Counted from the first letter of the stretch, positions 39,366 to 50,681 are shown. The stretch is 64,000 bases of DNA from Actinomycetota bacterium (GCA_023379935.1 JAMCPD010000018.1:4567-68566), one strand, 5' to 3'. The notes: generated by a model from the letters alone, not told the origin. A program made the numbers and translations.

Positions 39366-42307
39366 TAAACTGTTTCAAAAGAGTTTATACCTTTCGTGTC
39401 GGCCTAATCATCTCAGCCTATACCGTTATAGCATTGGCCACTTATGGGATCCCCATAGTTCTCGGTAACCCTATCTTGCGGAACTCCAACTTAATCCAGA
39501 ACTACCCTTTGCGAGCTTTGGTCGGCATCGATCTTGCCCATGGTCATCTTCCACTTTGGAATCCGTACATTTGGAGTGGCACGCCACTGTTGGCGGGGTT
39601 TAATGCCGGAGCAGCTTATCCGCTTACATGGCTGTTTGCGGTGTTGCCCGCCAAAATAGCTTGGGTGGTGAACCAGGCCTCCGGTCAGGTTGTAGCTGCC
39701 GTCGGAATGCTGGTCTATGCGCGTCTTCGCGGGCGTTGTTGGTGGGCGGGGTTCCTTGCCGGGCTGGCATATGGATTCGGCGGATTCATAGTTGCTCAAA
39801 ACGTTCATATCGGCTTGGTGCTCTCAGCGGCATGGTTGCCTTGGTGTATAGTGGCCTTGGACCGATTGGCATATCGGCCGCAAGAGCAGAAAAAGGGTTG
39901 GGCGGAGATTCGCTCGCTATCTCCTTGGGTAGCACTGCTCGCTGCTTCATTCGCGATGATGATTCTCGCTGCTTCACCCGGACCGATACTCGACTCAATA
40001 CCGGTAATTGCTGCGATTATCTGTGTAAGCGCTATACGCGTGCCAAAACGAAGATATCAGATTATCTTTGGTGCTTTTGCTGCACTATGCTTAAGTGCGC
40101 TTGCTTCATCCGTCCAGTGGTTGCCCGGTGCACTATTTCAGGCTTCATCGCAGCGTAAAACTGTAACGTATGCTTATTTTACATCGGGGTCTTTTCCAAA
40201 AGGACTGACTTTTTTGGGTGTAGACCCTGTTCTTGTCGGTAGCGCACATAGTAAGGTAATAGGCTTTCTGGGATCCGGAGGACTGCAGGGAATCCCTGAA
40301 ATATCCTTTTATGTCGGTATTGGCGCGGCTGTGGCGGTATTCGGGTTACTTTCGTATCGCTACCGCCATACGTTACAAGGTAGGGAACGTTGGTTGTGGT
40401 ATGGGATATTGATGGGGGGACTTCTCCTTGCTTTCGGGTCACTTACACCACTTAGCCATTTGGAATACCTGATTCCCTTTTATAACACCCAACGTATGTT
40501 GAACAGGAATTTAATGGAGGTTGACTTGGCCTTGGCTGTCTTGTTGGCGGATTGGACAGACATAGTCCTCGGGCGTTGTAGGGATGGGCTGCAATCGGGC
40601 GTTGTTGGGACAACTTATCCCACTCCATCCTCCGACAAAAAAACCAAGCAACATAAATGGGTTGATTTTTTCCATCAAAATGACCACTTACTGCTTCCAG
40701 CGCTGCCAATCATAATCGTAGTCATACTCCTCTTACTAATTGTATTTATAGGATCGGATGTTATAGGAACATTGGGAGGAGGACATTCACCGGTAAACAG
40801 TTCGGATATTTGGCGTATTGTGTTGGCATCTCTAATTCCTTTTGCTGTTGGGGTTGGCTGGTGGACACTTTACTTTAGGGCGCCACATTGGCGCCGTAGG
40901 CGCTTGGGGATAGTTCTTGTCCTTATGACTATTGTCGATTTGGGTTACTATGGGTTCATGGTAACCCCTTCTCCCATGCCTAACTCGATTACTCAACCTA
41001 AAGGCAGTTTCGTCAGTCAGCTTAAGCACACCTTGCAAGCCGAAACCGCGAAGAACGGTAGCGTTGCGCCACGCATTGTTATCTATGACCCGTTGATACT
41101 TCATTTGCCCAGCCTCAATCGTTTGGGCCAACCCGACCTTACCTTACTTCAGGGTTTACAAACTGCGGGAGGCTATGGCGCTTTGGTTGAGCGGTCATAC
41201 CAGAACGCAACAGATTCTCATTCACAGCTGGACTTTTCCCCATCAGCACTAGCCGGTAGTTTGGCAACAGCGCTGGATATTGGCGTGCTTATAACATTAC
41301 CGCAGTACTTCTTGCATCGCATTACTGTCCAAAGCGGTAGCACTAGTAATTCCAGTAATTCCAGTAATTCCAGCTACCTTACACCTCCACCTCCTACACA
41401 AACTACCTTATCACAAAAAGCCTCACATACGTGGTTTTTCGGGAGCAACCTGACTTTACGTAAAGTCGTGTTTCCACTCCTCTCCTTTAGGGCACACTCT
41501 TTACGTACTGGAACAAACCGCAGTTTGCCCAAGTTCAACGTCGGACTGTTATCCGCTGATTCCGCTTCAATCGCTTGGTTACCATCATCTGCATACTCCG
41601 TTCAAACAAAAAATGAATCTGAAATCGTACACTTCTTCCACCCGGTCTCTGCCGCCGGAATTGCAGTTCGCCTGATGTCCAACACCACCCATGAGGCAAT
41701 AAAGGTAGGTTATCTTAGTATTTATACAACGATACAAGGTTCAAAAGCCCAAGCCGTATATAGGTTGGACGGCTCACTCATTGATTCTGTTACCTCTCCC
41801 CACTGGTACTTTGCCGGTGAGATTGGGGCATTTTCCCTATTCCGTAACTCCTATCTTCAAGCTCCTGTGCATATTGTCAACAAGCTCAACGGTCAACCGG
41901 TTCAAAAAAGCTCATCACGGGTGATTGAACAGATGCCATGGGGAACGACTGCGGTGGAGGTCAATACACCCAAACCCGCCTTACTTGTTCGATCCGCCAC
42001 TACATCAGCAGGATGGACGGCAGCGTTGTATCACATACCACCCAACACCGACCGGCAGTTGCCGTCGAAGCCATTATCCTATACCGCAGAGGTTCACAGC
42101 TTCGGCCTCCTCCAAGCGGTTTCACTGCCGAAAGGGCACTTCATTGTGGTCTTTCGCTTCTTCCCGCAGGTTGTAAAGGTAACTTTGTTTATTTCAGTAC
42201 TCGGTTGGTTCTTATTGGCACTCCTTGTGGGTTGGCAAACCTGTTGGATTTTGATGCAACGTAGCCAGTCTTGGTCACTCTATCGGAGTACTAAGAAACC
42301 CTCCTGA
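39362..42307 (+). CDS. YfhO-like large polytopic membrane protein (putative GT-C-type glycosyltransferase)
   Basis: The N-terminal DLAHGHLPLWNPYIWSGTPLLAGFNAGAAYP resembles the YfhO signature. There are many TM segments and a large C-terminal extracytoplasmic part. Confidence 0.5.
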   Translation: MINCFKRVYTFRVGLIISAYTVIALATYGIPIVLGNPILRNSNLIQNYPLRALVGIDLAHGHLPLWNPYIWSGTPLLAGFNAGAAYPLTWLFAVLPAKIAWVVNQASGQVVAAVGMLVYARLRGRCWWAGFLAGLAYGFGGFIVAQNVHIGLVLSAAWLPWCIVALDRLAYRPQEQKKGWAEIRSLSPWVALLAASFAMMILAASPGPILDSIPVIAAIICVSAIRVPKRRYQIIFGAFAALCLSALASSVQWLPGALFQASSQRKTVTYAYFTSGSFPKGLTFLGVDPVLVGSAHSKVIGFLGSGGLQGIPEISFYVGIGAAVAVFGLLSYRYRHTLQGRERWLWYGILMGGLLLAFGSLTPLSHLEYLIPFYNTQRMLNRNLMEVDLALAVLLADWTDIVLGRCRDGLQSGVVGTTYPTPSSDKKTKQHKWVDFFHQNDHLLLPALPIIIVVILLLLIVFIGSDVIGTLGGGHSPVNSSDIWRIVLASLIPFAVGVGWWTLYFRAPHWRRRRLGIVLVLMTIVDLGYYGFMVTPSPMPNSITQPKGSFVSQLKHTLQAETAKNGSVAPRIVIYDPLILHLPSLNRLGQPDLTLLQGLQTAGGYGALVERSYQNATDSHSQLDFSPSALAGSLATALDIGVLITLPQYFLHRITVQSGSTSNSSNSSNSSYLTPPPPTQTTLSQKASHTWFFGSNLTLRKVVFPLLSFRAHSLRTGTNRSLPKFNVGLLSADSASIAWLPSSAYSVQTKNESEIVHFFHPVSAAGIAVRLMSNTTHEAIKVGYLSIYTTIQGSKAQAVYRLDGSLIDSVTSPHWYFAGEIGAFSLFRNSYLQAPVHIVNKLNGQPVQKSSSRVIEQMPWGTTAVEVNTPKPALLVRSATTSAGWTAALYHIPPNTDRQLPSKPLSYTAEVHSFGLLQAVSLPKGHFIVVFRFFPQVVKVTLFISVLGWFLLALLVGWQTCWILMQRSQSWSLYRSTKKPS
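41345..41371 (+). repeat. 9-bp in-frame tandem repeat x3 (SNS)
   Basis: agtaattcc x3. Confidence 0.9.
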
Positions 42308-44169
42308 TGCAAAAAACCCGCATACAACCACAAAAGGATGATCGGCGGACCTTAGAGTTCACTGTCGCTGTGGTAGTTTATTTTTGTTTCTCCCTCTTAG
42401 CGTATCTTCCGGCATGGATCGGCGGTCCGACAAAAACAATGACCTGTGGATGTGAAGACCCCGCGCAAGCGGTTTGGTTTTTGACCTGGTTTCCTTTTGC
42501 CCTCTTGCACGGCCATAATCCTTTAATGACAACCTGGATAGAGCATCCCTTAGGAGCTAACCTAATGGATAATACGGCCATCCAACTTCCCGCCTTGTTG
42601 GATATGCCTGTCACGCTTTTGATAGGACCGATCCTAAGCTGGAATATAACGGTATTGGCTGCATTCTTCTCCTCTGCTCTTGTTGCATTTCGGGTATTTC
42701 GCCAGTTTGTCACCTGGTGGCCGGCGGCGCTTTTTGGCGGATGGTTGTATGCATTCGGACCTTACATGGCGGGTCAGGGATACTTGCATCTCAACCTGTT
42801 TTTGGTGCCCTTCCCCCCGCTTATACTACTGCTGTGTTATAAGATAATAGTACAACAAAACCACAATCCGTTTCGTTGGGGCATATTATTAGGTGTTGCT
42901 ACTCTTCTTCAGCTGTTCATCTCTTCTGAAATTTTGGTAACAACCGCACTGATGGCGGTTATCGGCGTACTGGTACTTGTGATATCTGCCGGTATATCTG
43001 CTATATCTACATGGAAGGATACCTTAATTGAACTAAAATCCCGTATTATCTGGGCTTTCAAGGCCATAATGGTTTCATTGGGGGTATTTGTTATCGGAGC
43101 GGGTTATCCCCTCTGGGTGACGCTAAGGGGGACAAGACATATATCCGGGGCAGAAACCGTTCACCCGAGCTATCTCAGTGCCAACCTGCTTGGATTGATA
43201 ATCCCAACCAGCAACCAGTTGGTAGCCCCTATGTTCGCGCGCCATATTGCCAACGGTTTTGTGGGAGCGCCGGACTTTATCGCCGAGAACGGTACATATC
43301 TAGGTGTACCGTTGCTGATAATACTTGGTATTATCATCTGGAAGAACAGAAGAGCCGTCATGGTGCAAACTTTGGCAGCTGTTATGATTATAGCCGTTAT
43401 CTTATCGCTGGGCGACTATCTAAAGATAGGCTCATTACAACTTACATGGTTCAAGTTGCCTTATTTGTGGCTCCACCATCTGCCAGTCTTGGAAAACATC
43501 ATTCCGGTACGGTTTGCATTATATGCGGCGTTATGTGCGGGACTGTTGCTCGCGATTGGAATGGACAAAATACATGAAGGAATGCCTCTTTTCCCTAAAC
43601 ATTACAGATCGGCCGCATCTTCACCCAGCGAACATCACAGTAAAAATCGGCATTTTGCTTGGACTATTGGTATCATCGCACTCCTGCCACTGTGGCCTGC
43701 ATGGCCTTATCATATGCACAATGTTGACATTCCCGCTTACTTTACTTCCGCCTATGTCAAGCAAATTCCGCCCGGCAGTACTGCGCTTATTTATCCGTTT
43801 CCTCGCGTTACCCACGCTGAAGGCATGTTATGGCAGGCGGTCACCGATATGCGCTTTCGTATAGCCGGCGGATTTATACTCACTCCGGATAAAGTGGGTA
43901 ACGGTACTGAATTTGGATCAAACAGTTTTACTGAAGGGTTGCTCAGAAGCTGTTTTTGGGGACATCCTCATTTCAAGTTTACACCGCTACTCGACACAAG
44001 AGTGCGAAACCAGCTGCGATTTTGGGGTGTAAGCACAGTTATAATAGCCAACAGGGGAAAGGACCCCGCCGCTTGTGTTGAACTGTTCAGTCATGTATTT
44101 AGCTCGCGCCCCTTACATCAAGGCGGAGTGTGGATATTCTATAAGATTAATACGAAAGTGAGCGGCTAA
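42307..44169 (+). CDS. Large polytopic membrane protein, function unknown (possibly GT-C-like)
   Basis: 620 aa with many TM segments. TGATG overlap with the preceding gene. Confidence 0.4.
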   Translation: MQKTRIQPQKDDRRTLEFTVAVVVYFCFSLLAYLPAWIGGPTKTMTCGCEDPAQAVWFLTWFPFALLHGHNPLMTTWIEHPLGANLMDNTAIQLPALLDMPVTLLIGPILSWNITVLAAFFSSALVAFRVFRQFVTWWPAALFGGWLYAFGPYMAGQGYLHLNLFLVPFPPLILLLCYKIIVQQNHNPFRWGILLGVATLLQLFISSEILVTTALMAVIGVLVLVISAGISAISTWKDTLIELKSRIIWAFKAIMVSLGVFVIGAGYPLWVTLRGTRHISGAETVHPSYLSANLLGLIIPTSNQLVAPMFARHIANGFVGAPDFIAENGTYLGVPLLIILGIIIWKNRRAVMVQTLAAVMIIAVILSLGDYLKIGSLQLTWFKLPYLWLHHLPVLENIIPVRFALYAALCAGLLLAIGMDKIHEGMPLFPKHYRSAASSPSEHHSKNRHFAWTIGIIALLPLWPAWPYHMHNVDIPAYFTSAYVKQIPPGSTALIYPFPRVTHAEGMLWQAVTDMRFRIAGGFILTPDKVGNGTEFGSNSFTEGLLRSCFWGHPHFKFTPLLDTRVRNQLRFWGVSTVIIANRGKDPAACVELFSHVFSSRPLHQGGVWIFYKINTKVSG

Positions 44170-44173
44170 CGAC

Positions 44174-44214
44174 AGGTGAACCTCCCCGCACTTGACGTAA
44201 GGGGAGGTTCACCT
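44174..44214. terminator. Bidirectional stem-loop between convergent genes
   Basis: aggtgaacctcccc - 13-nt loop - ggggaggttcacct (14-bp perfect stem). It lacks a clear U-tract. Confidence 0.6.
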
Positions 44215-44243
44215 AAGGTCATATCACAATCTTTACTTGAACC

Positions 44244-46018
<1,775 letters not shown>

Positions 46019-46139
46019 GCTCCTTTTTGCTAATTTTCCATTTTAGATGCCGATAAGGATTACCTCATCGGTTGATTATTAGCGTAGTGATATGATGTTT
46101 CGCATTGATTGCTTATATGTAAAAAGTTTGCTAAACAAT

Positions 46140-46156
46140 GTTAACTGCGTGTTAAC
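46140..46156 (-). promoter_or_regulatory. Direct repeat GTTAAC-n5-GTTAAC (11-bp period) upstream of amtB-glnK; candidate response-regulator (GlnR-like) site
   Basis: gttaac at 46140-46145 and 46151-46156. On the gene strand the 11-bp register continues with TTAGCA and TTTACA. Confidence 0.3.
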
Positions 46157-46211
46157 TCAGGCTATTGCCCGACTGGACGTGTGACGGAGGCAGGCCTGGG
46201 ATTGGGGAGGT

Positions 46212-46892
46212 CTATTTTTTGGCCGGTTCGTAATAGGGGTTGGTTCCGTTTGCATGATCGGTTACATCTATTACAGCTTTAATGCGGGGAACCGCCTCTT
46301 TTAATGCAACCTCTATGCCCTGAGAGAGGGTGACCCTTGCTAAGCCACATCCTTGACATCCACCGCCTAAGCGTAAGTAAACGATATCATTTTCAACAGC
46401 CACCAACTGTGCATATCCACCATGTGCGGCTATAGCCGGGTTTATCTCATCGTCCAGTACTTTAGCTACGGTGATCCCAAATTCAGTGTCCGCCCCTTGC
46501 CCTTCTGAAACCTGATCACCTAAGGGAGAAGCGGGTGATGCCGACAAACCGGATGAGGGGGTGTTCGGATTCAATATAACCAGGCCCCCGTCTGTCCCGT
46601 CTTGGCCATCATTTGAAAAGTCCAAGGTGGCCCCTCGCAGCTTTTCTCTGCTTGGTGCCGGCAGTACTATGGGAAGCTCACCCACAAATTGAACGGCATC
46701 GTTTCCGGTTGCATCTTTTATACTTTGGAAATACAGATTGTAAGCATAGGCACCATTTGAGACACCGTTTATATCGATCCACAGCGCGAGATCATCCGCA
46801 TCAGGCTCTGTTGACCGAGCTGTCATTATGACATCTGCCGCATTTTCGGTAACTGTAAGGTACTGCTCTTCGTTGGTGATTTGTGTAGACAT
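46212..46892 (-). CDS. NfuA-like Fe-S cluster carrier (degenerate A-type domain plus Nfu domain)
   Basis: C-terminal PAIAAHGGYAQLVAVENDIVYLRLGGGCQGCG (CxxC Nfu motif). Confidence 0.75.
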   Translation of the reverse strand: MSTQITNEEQYLTVTENAADVIMTARSTEPDADDLALWIDINGVSNGAYAYNLYFQSIKDATGNDAVQFVGELPIVLPAPSREKLRGATLDFSNDGQDGTDGGLVILNPNTPSSGLSASPASPLGDQVSEGQGADTEFGITVAKVLDDEINPAIAAHGGYAQLVAVENDIVYLRLGGGCQGCGLARVTLSQGIEVALKEAVPRIKAVIDVTDHANGTNPYYEPAKK

Positions 46893-46920
46893 TCTATACC
46901 TCGCTTATAATCTTGTTTAA

Positions 46921-48252
46921 ATGGCTTTAACATCTAAACTACTACAATATGCGAGTGAACGCACCAACATAGCCATAATTTTACCGTCTGATACCTATAA
47001 AGCTGCCGGCTTTATGGAAGCAACAGCCAAAATGGGGCTTGGTGCTTTGATAATAACAAACAACCCAACCGGCGGTGATCCACATCCAATCAGCCGTATG
47101 GCAGCTGACAAGCTGATTGCGGTTGATTTAACAGATACCGAAAATGCCGCAATTGAAGTGGTGGACTTCATAAACAACAGTCCAGTGAAAGACAGCCTTA
47201 AAGCTATAATTGCCGCAGACGAACAAGGGGTCATGCTGGCATCTTTGATTGGCTTTACCCTTGGCCAGCCCGCTCTTAGGACAAATCCTCCTTCAGCCGT
47301 TGCGCTAAGCAAAAACAAGCTGGCCATGCGTAAAGCTCTCCGGGATGCCAACGTAACCCAACCTGATTGGAGGAGAGCTTACACGCATGACGATATCATC
47401 AAAGCGGCAAATGAAATCGGATTTCCAGTAGTTATCAAACCTATAGGACTGTCAGGGAGTAAGGGAGTCATACGCGCCGACAACAACGAAGAGGCCGCCA
47501 ATGCCTGCGTGCGTATATACAAGATGTTGAATACAAAATCATCGTCAACAGAACCGTTACTGGTTGAAAAGTTTATTTCGGGTACGGAGGTTGCGCTGGA
47601 AGGGATTTTGAACAACGGTCAACTTACGGTGCTTGCCATTTTTGACAAACCTGATCCGTTGAACGGGCCTTGGTTTGAAGAGACCTTATACGTAACACCG
47701 TCGCGCCTTGAAACTCAAGTTATAGACTGTGTTGTCGAGGTAACCAAAAAGGCGGTTTCAGCTTTTGGATTAACCGACGGCCCTCTACATGCGGAGTTGA
47801 GAGTTGATGCCGACGGTTCAACCGGACCTCGTCCCACCTGCTATTTTATAGAGGCGGCGACTCGCAGTATAGGAGGGCTATGTTCAAAATGCCTGGCATT
47901 CGTCCAAGATAAGAATTCATCAGATCAACTTAGCCTTGAAGAGGTTATAATACGCCAGGCGTTGGGTCTTTCAATTGATAAATTAACCCTAAAATGGCAT
48001 GCCTCGGGAGTTTTAATGATACCAATACCCAAAGCGGGTATCTTCAAAGGAGTTGAAAACAAACTGGGAGCTCTTAAAACAGATAACATAGTCGGCATAG
48101 ATATATCGGTGCCACCGGGACATCTGTTACAACCACTGCCCGAAGGAGATAGATATCTTGGATTTATATTTGCAAAAGCCGAAACTCCCACCCAAGTGGA
48201 GAACTCTTTGAGGTCGGCATTGGCGAAGTTGGAGGTTAGAATAGAAACATGA
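46921..48252 (+). CDS. ATP-grasp domain protein, substrate unknown
   Basis: NKLAMRKAL, FPVVIKPIGLSGSKGV, LLVEKFISGTEVALEG and HAELRV...YFIEAATRSIGG. Confidence 0.75.
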   Translation: MALTSKLLQYASERTNIAIILPSDTYKAAGFMEATAKMGLGALIITNNPTGGDPHPISRMAADKLIAVDLTDTENAAIEVVDFINNSPVKDSLKAIIAADEQGVMLASLIGFTLGQPALRTNPPSAVALSKNKLAMRKALRDANVTQPDWRRAYTHDDIIKAANEIGFPVVIKPIGLSGSKGVIRADNNEEAANACVRIYKMLNTKSSSTEPLLVEKFISGTEVALEGILNNGQLTVLAIFDKPDPLNGPWFEETLYVTPSRLETQVIDCVVEVTKKAVSAFGLTDGPLHAELRVDADGSTGPRPTCYFIEAATRSIGGLCSKCLAFVQDKNSSDQLSLEEVIIRQALGLSIDKLTLKWHASGVLMIPIPKAGIFKGVENKLGALKTDNIVGIDISVPPGHLLQPLPEGDRYLGFIFAKAETPTQVENSLRSALAKLEVRIET

Positions 48253-49748
48253 AAGTTCTACTTGTATCTACCTATGAGTTGGGGCACCAACCATTCCATC
48301 TGGCATCTTCAGCGCAAGTGCTTCTTGAAGGCGGCCATCAGGTAATATGCCACGACCTGGCAGTTCGGGAGTGGGAACCCGACCTGATAGAACAGGTGGA
48401 TTTGGTTGCCATAGCCGTGCCTATGCATACGGCAATGAGACTCGGGGTCGAGTTGGCCAAACAGATAAACAGACAAAAACCCCTTTTACCGTTATGCCTC
48501 TACGGTCTTTATGCCCATATAGCTGTCGACGATGATATATGGGTTGAACATTGTATAGTCGGTGAGTATGAACAACCGTTATTGGCCTGGGTAAACAGTC
48601 ACGCTTATCCCAACAAGCCTACCGAGGTTGTCCATCCTCTTAGGACAACCAAACTTGTAGTAAACATTGAGCGCCATCCCCACCCAATTCCGGCGCGGAG
48701 TCTCTTGAACCCTATACAAGGCTATGCAAGGCTACTGTCAAATCAACGAACACCACCAAATCAACAGATACCGGCGTATCTTCCCACCCAAACCTGCCCG
48801 GGCGACACCAACGGTTCCTTGGCGGGCTATACAGAGGCATCGAGGGGATGTTCTCACAAGTGCAGACACTGTCCGGTGCCGGTGGTTTACAACGGCCGTG
48901 TGCGAAGTATAGAAACGGATGTGGTTATGGCCGATATTGATAACCAAGTTCAAATGGGAGCCACCCATATAACCTTTGGTGATCCAGACTTTTTAAACCT
49001 ACCCCACCATGCTGTAACGGTGGTAGAAGAGTTAGCCCGATCATTTCCCCGACTCAGCTTCGACATAACGGCAAAAGTTTCTCACATCATCAAGTATGAA
49101 CATTTATGGCCAAAAATGTCAGACGCGGGATGCTTGTTCGTAGTGTCAGCCTTTGAATCACTGAACGATATGATCTTGGAAAAGTTAGACAAAGGGCATA
49201 CCGCCAAAGATGAAATCACAGCTGTGGAGATACTGCGGCGAAGTCAAATAGAACCGAGACCATCTTTTTTGCCCTTTACTCCTTGGAGCACAGTTGATGA
49301 CATAGCTGACATAGTGGACTTTATAGGTGAGTGCGATTTAGTGGGAAATGTCGATCCCGTCCAATATACAATCTGGCTTTTACTGCCACCGGGCTCGTTA
49401 CTGTTGGATAAACTAACGGAAGAAATGCCGCAATGCCTGGGCTCATATTCCCGAGAAAAACTAACCACTGAATGGAAACCCAAGGACACACGCCTCTATG
49501 GATTGCATAAGCAGCTTGGAAAGCTGGTAACTGAGTACGCCTCAAATCCGACTCCTTTGGCAAAAGTATATGAACAGATTAAATCCGTTGTTTATGATGA
49601 GACAACCAGAAAATATCCGCCGATGTTTACCAACCCATTACAACAAGTGTCGTTGCGTTCGAACATTCCGGTTGATGACCGCCCGCGACTTAGCGAACCA
49701 TGGTTCTGTTGCGCAGAACCCACACAGTATCAACTAGCCATGATTTGA
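48249..49748 (+). CDS. B12-binding-like / radical SAM enzyme with a C-terminal CCAEP motif
   Basis: CSHKCRHC (CxxxCxxC) at 48849-48872. N-terminal Rossmann-like MKVLLVSTYELGH...VDLVAIAV. WFCCAEPT at 49707-49721, 9 codons before the stop. ATGA overlap with the ATP-grasp gene. Confidence 0.8.
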   Translation: MKVLLVSTYELGHQPFHLASSAQVLLEGGHQVICHDLAVREWEPDLIEQVDLVAIAVPMHTAMRLGVELAKQINRQKPLLPLCLYGLYAHIAVDDDIWVEHCIVGEYEQPLLAWVNSHAYPNKPTEVVHPLRTTKLVVNIERHPHPIPARSLLNPIQGYARLLSNQRTPPNQQIPAYLPTQTCPGDTNGSLAGYTEASRGCSHKCRHCPVPVVYNGRVRSIETDVVMADIDNQVQMGATHITFGDPDFLNLPHHAVTVVEELARSFPRLSFDITAKVSHIIKYEHLWPKMSDAGCLFVVSAFESLNDMILEKLDKGHTAKDEITAVEILRRSQIEPRPSFLPFTPWSTVDDIADIVDFIGECDLVGNVDPVQYTIWLLLPPGSLLLDKLTEEMPQCLGSYSREKLTTEWKPKDTRLYGLHKQLGKLVTEYASNPTPLAKVYEQIKSVVYDETTRKYPPMFTNPLQQVSLRSNIPVDDRPRLSEPWFCCAEPTQYQLAMI

Positions 49749-49780
49749 CCAATGCCTGCCCAGTTGTAGCCAAAACTCCC

Positions 49781-49831
49781 AACCGCACCGGACTTTTACA
49801 ACCGCACCGGGCTTTTACAACCGCACCGGGC
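49781..49831. repeat. 19-bp tandem repeat x2.7 (aaccgcaccggRcttttac)
   Basis: Read directly. It lies between the radical SAM stop (49748) and the stop of the minus-strand small gene (49847). Confidence 0.9.
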
Positions 49832-49846
49832 TAGGGCGTTCCTGGA

Positions 49847-50047
49847 TCAGGGAAGATCCGTATGGCTATCTGCTTGCGGTAAGCTTTCATCCGCCAAACA
49901 CCATGACGCATGTGTTGCCCCTGATACCGCATTGCACTCAGGACAACGCTTAGCAGATTTTGGTGTAAAAAGCTGAGCTGGCGACAACTGTATGCTGCGC
50001 TTTAAGCTTCGTGCCTCTTCGAATCGCCTATGTCGTCCTTTTTTCAA
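49847..50047 (-). CDS. Small basic protein with a Zn-ribbon-like CxxC...HxxWC
   Basis: 66 aa, with KRCPECNAVSGATHASWC. TTG start preceded by GGAG at a 5-nt spacing. Confidence 0.45.
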   Translation of the reverse strand: MKKGRHRRFEEARSLKRSIQLSPAQLFTPKSAKRCPECNAVSGATHASWCLADESLPQADSHTDLP

Positions 50048-50087
50048 TGTTACTCCAAACTGCTACCTTAAATTAAAATAATAAACA

Positions 50088-50129
50088 CTATCTAAAACCG
50101 CCTATCTAAAACCGCCTATCTAAAACCGC
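50088..50129. repeat. 14-bp perfect tandem repeat x3 (ctatctaaaaccgc)
   Basis: Read directly, 41-82 nt upstream of the small Zn-ribbon gene start. Confidence 0.9.
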
Positions 50130-50234
50130 ACTGTTCACGAGAGAGCTTTTGGCTGCTATCAATGATCAACGCCACGGATTGAATACTACGGTTCAACTTG
50201 TACAATACTACCACAATATGAAGTCACTCATAAG

Positions 50235-50681
50235 TCAAGTGGGCTTCTCCAAATTGACCAACAGTGACGATCCTAAATTGAACTGGTGGAATGCAGTTTT
50301 TAACTGTATCAACTGTGATGAAGAAAGACGACCGGAACTGTGATAGCAAGAAAGTGAAAACTTGAAAAGTCCTTTATAGGAGTTCACCAGGTAGTTGGTA
50401 AGGCTATCCACGGGAGTCGGCAGTTCATCATTGGCCTTTGCGGAGTCTTCACCCAGCAACACGCAGACTGTTTTCACTCCGAGAAAATTTTTTCTCTTGT
50501 TTAGCAGTTCTATCTTACTTATATCTCCTGTTATATACTCTCGGGTGAGGGAAAACCCGGATGAGGTGTCCCAGATATGCGCCCGGGTTGATATGGGCCC
50601 ACTGGTATCAGCTCCGAGCGAACAGGCGGACAGGAAAGCACCAAACACTAAAACCGATGCAAAGCAGATAATACGGTTCAT
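50235..50681 (-). CDS. Lipoprotein, function unknown
   Basis: Signal peptide plus lipobox FLSAC. Confidence 0.6.
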   Translation of the reverse strand: MNRIICFASVLVFGAFLSACSLGADTSGPISTRAHIWDTSSGFSLTREYITGDISKIELLNKRKNFLGVKTVCVLLGEDSAKANDELPTPVDSLTNYLVNSYKGLFKFSLSCYHSSGRLSSSQLIQLKTAFHQFNLGSSLLVNLEKPT

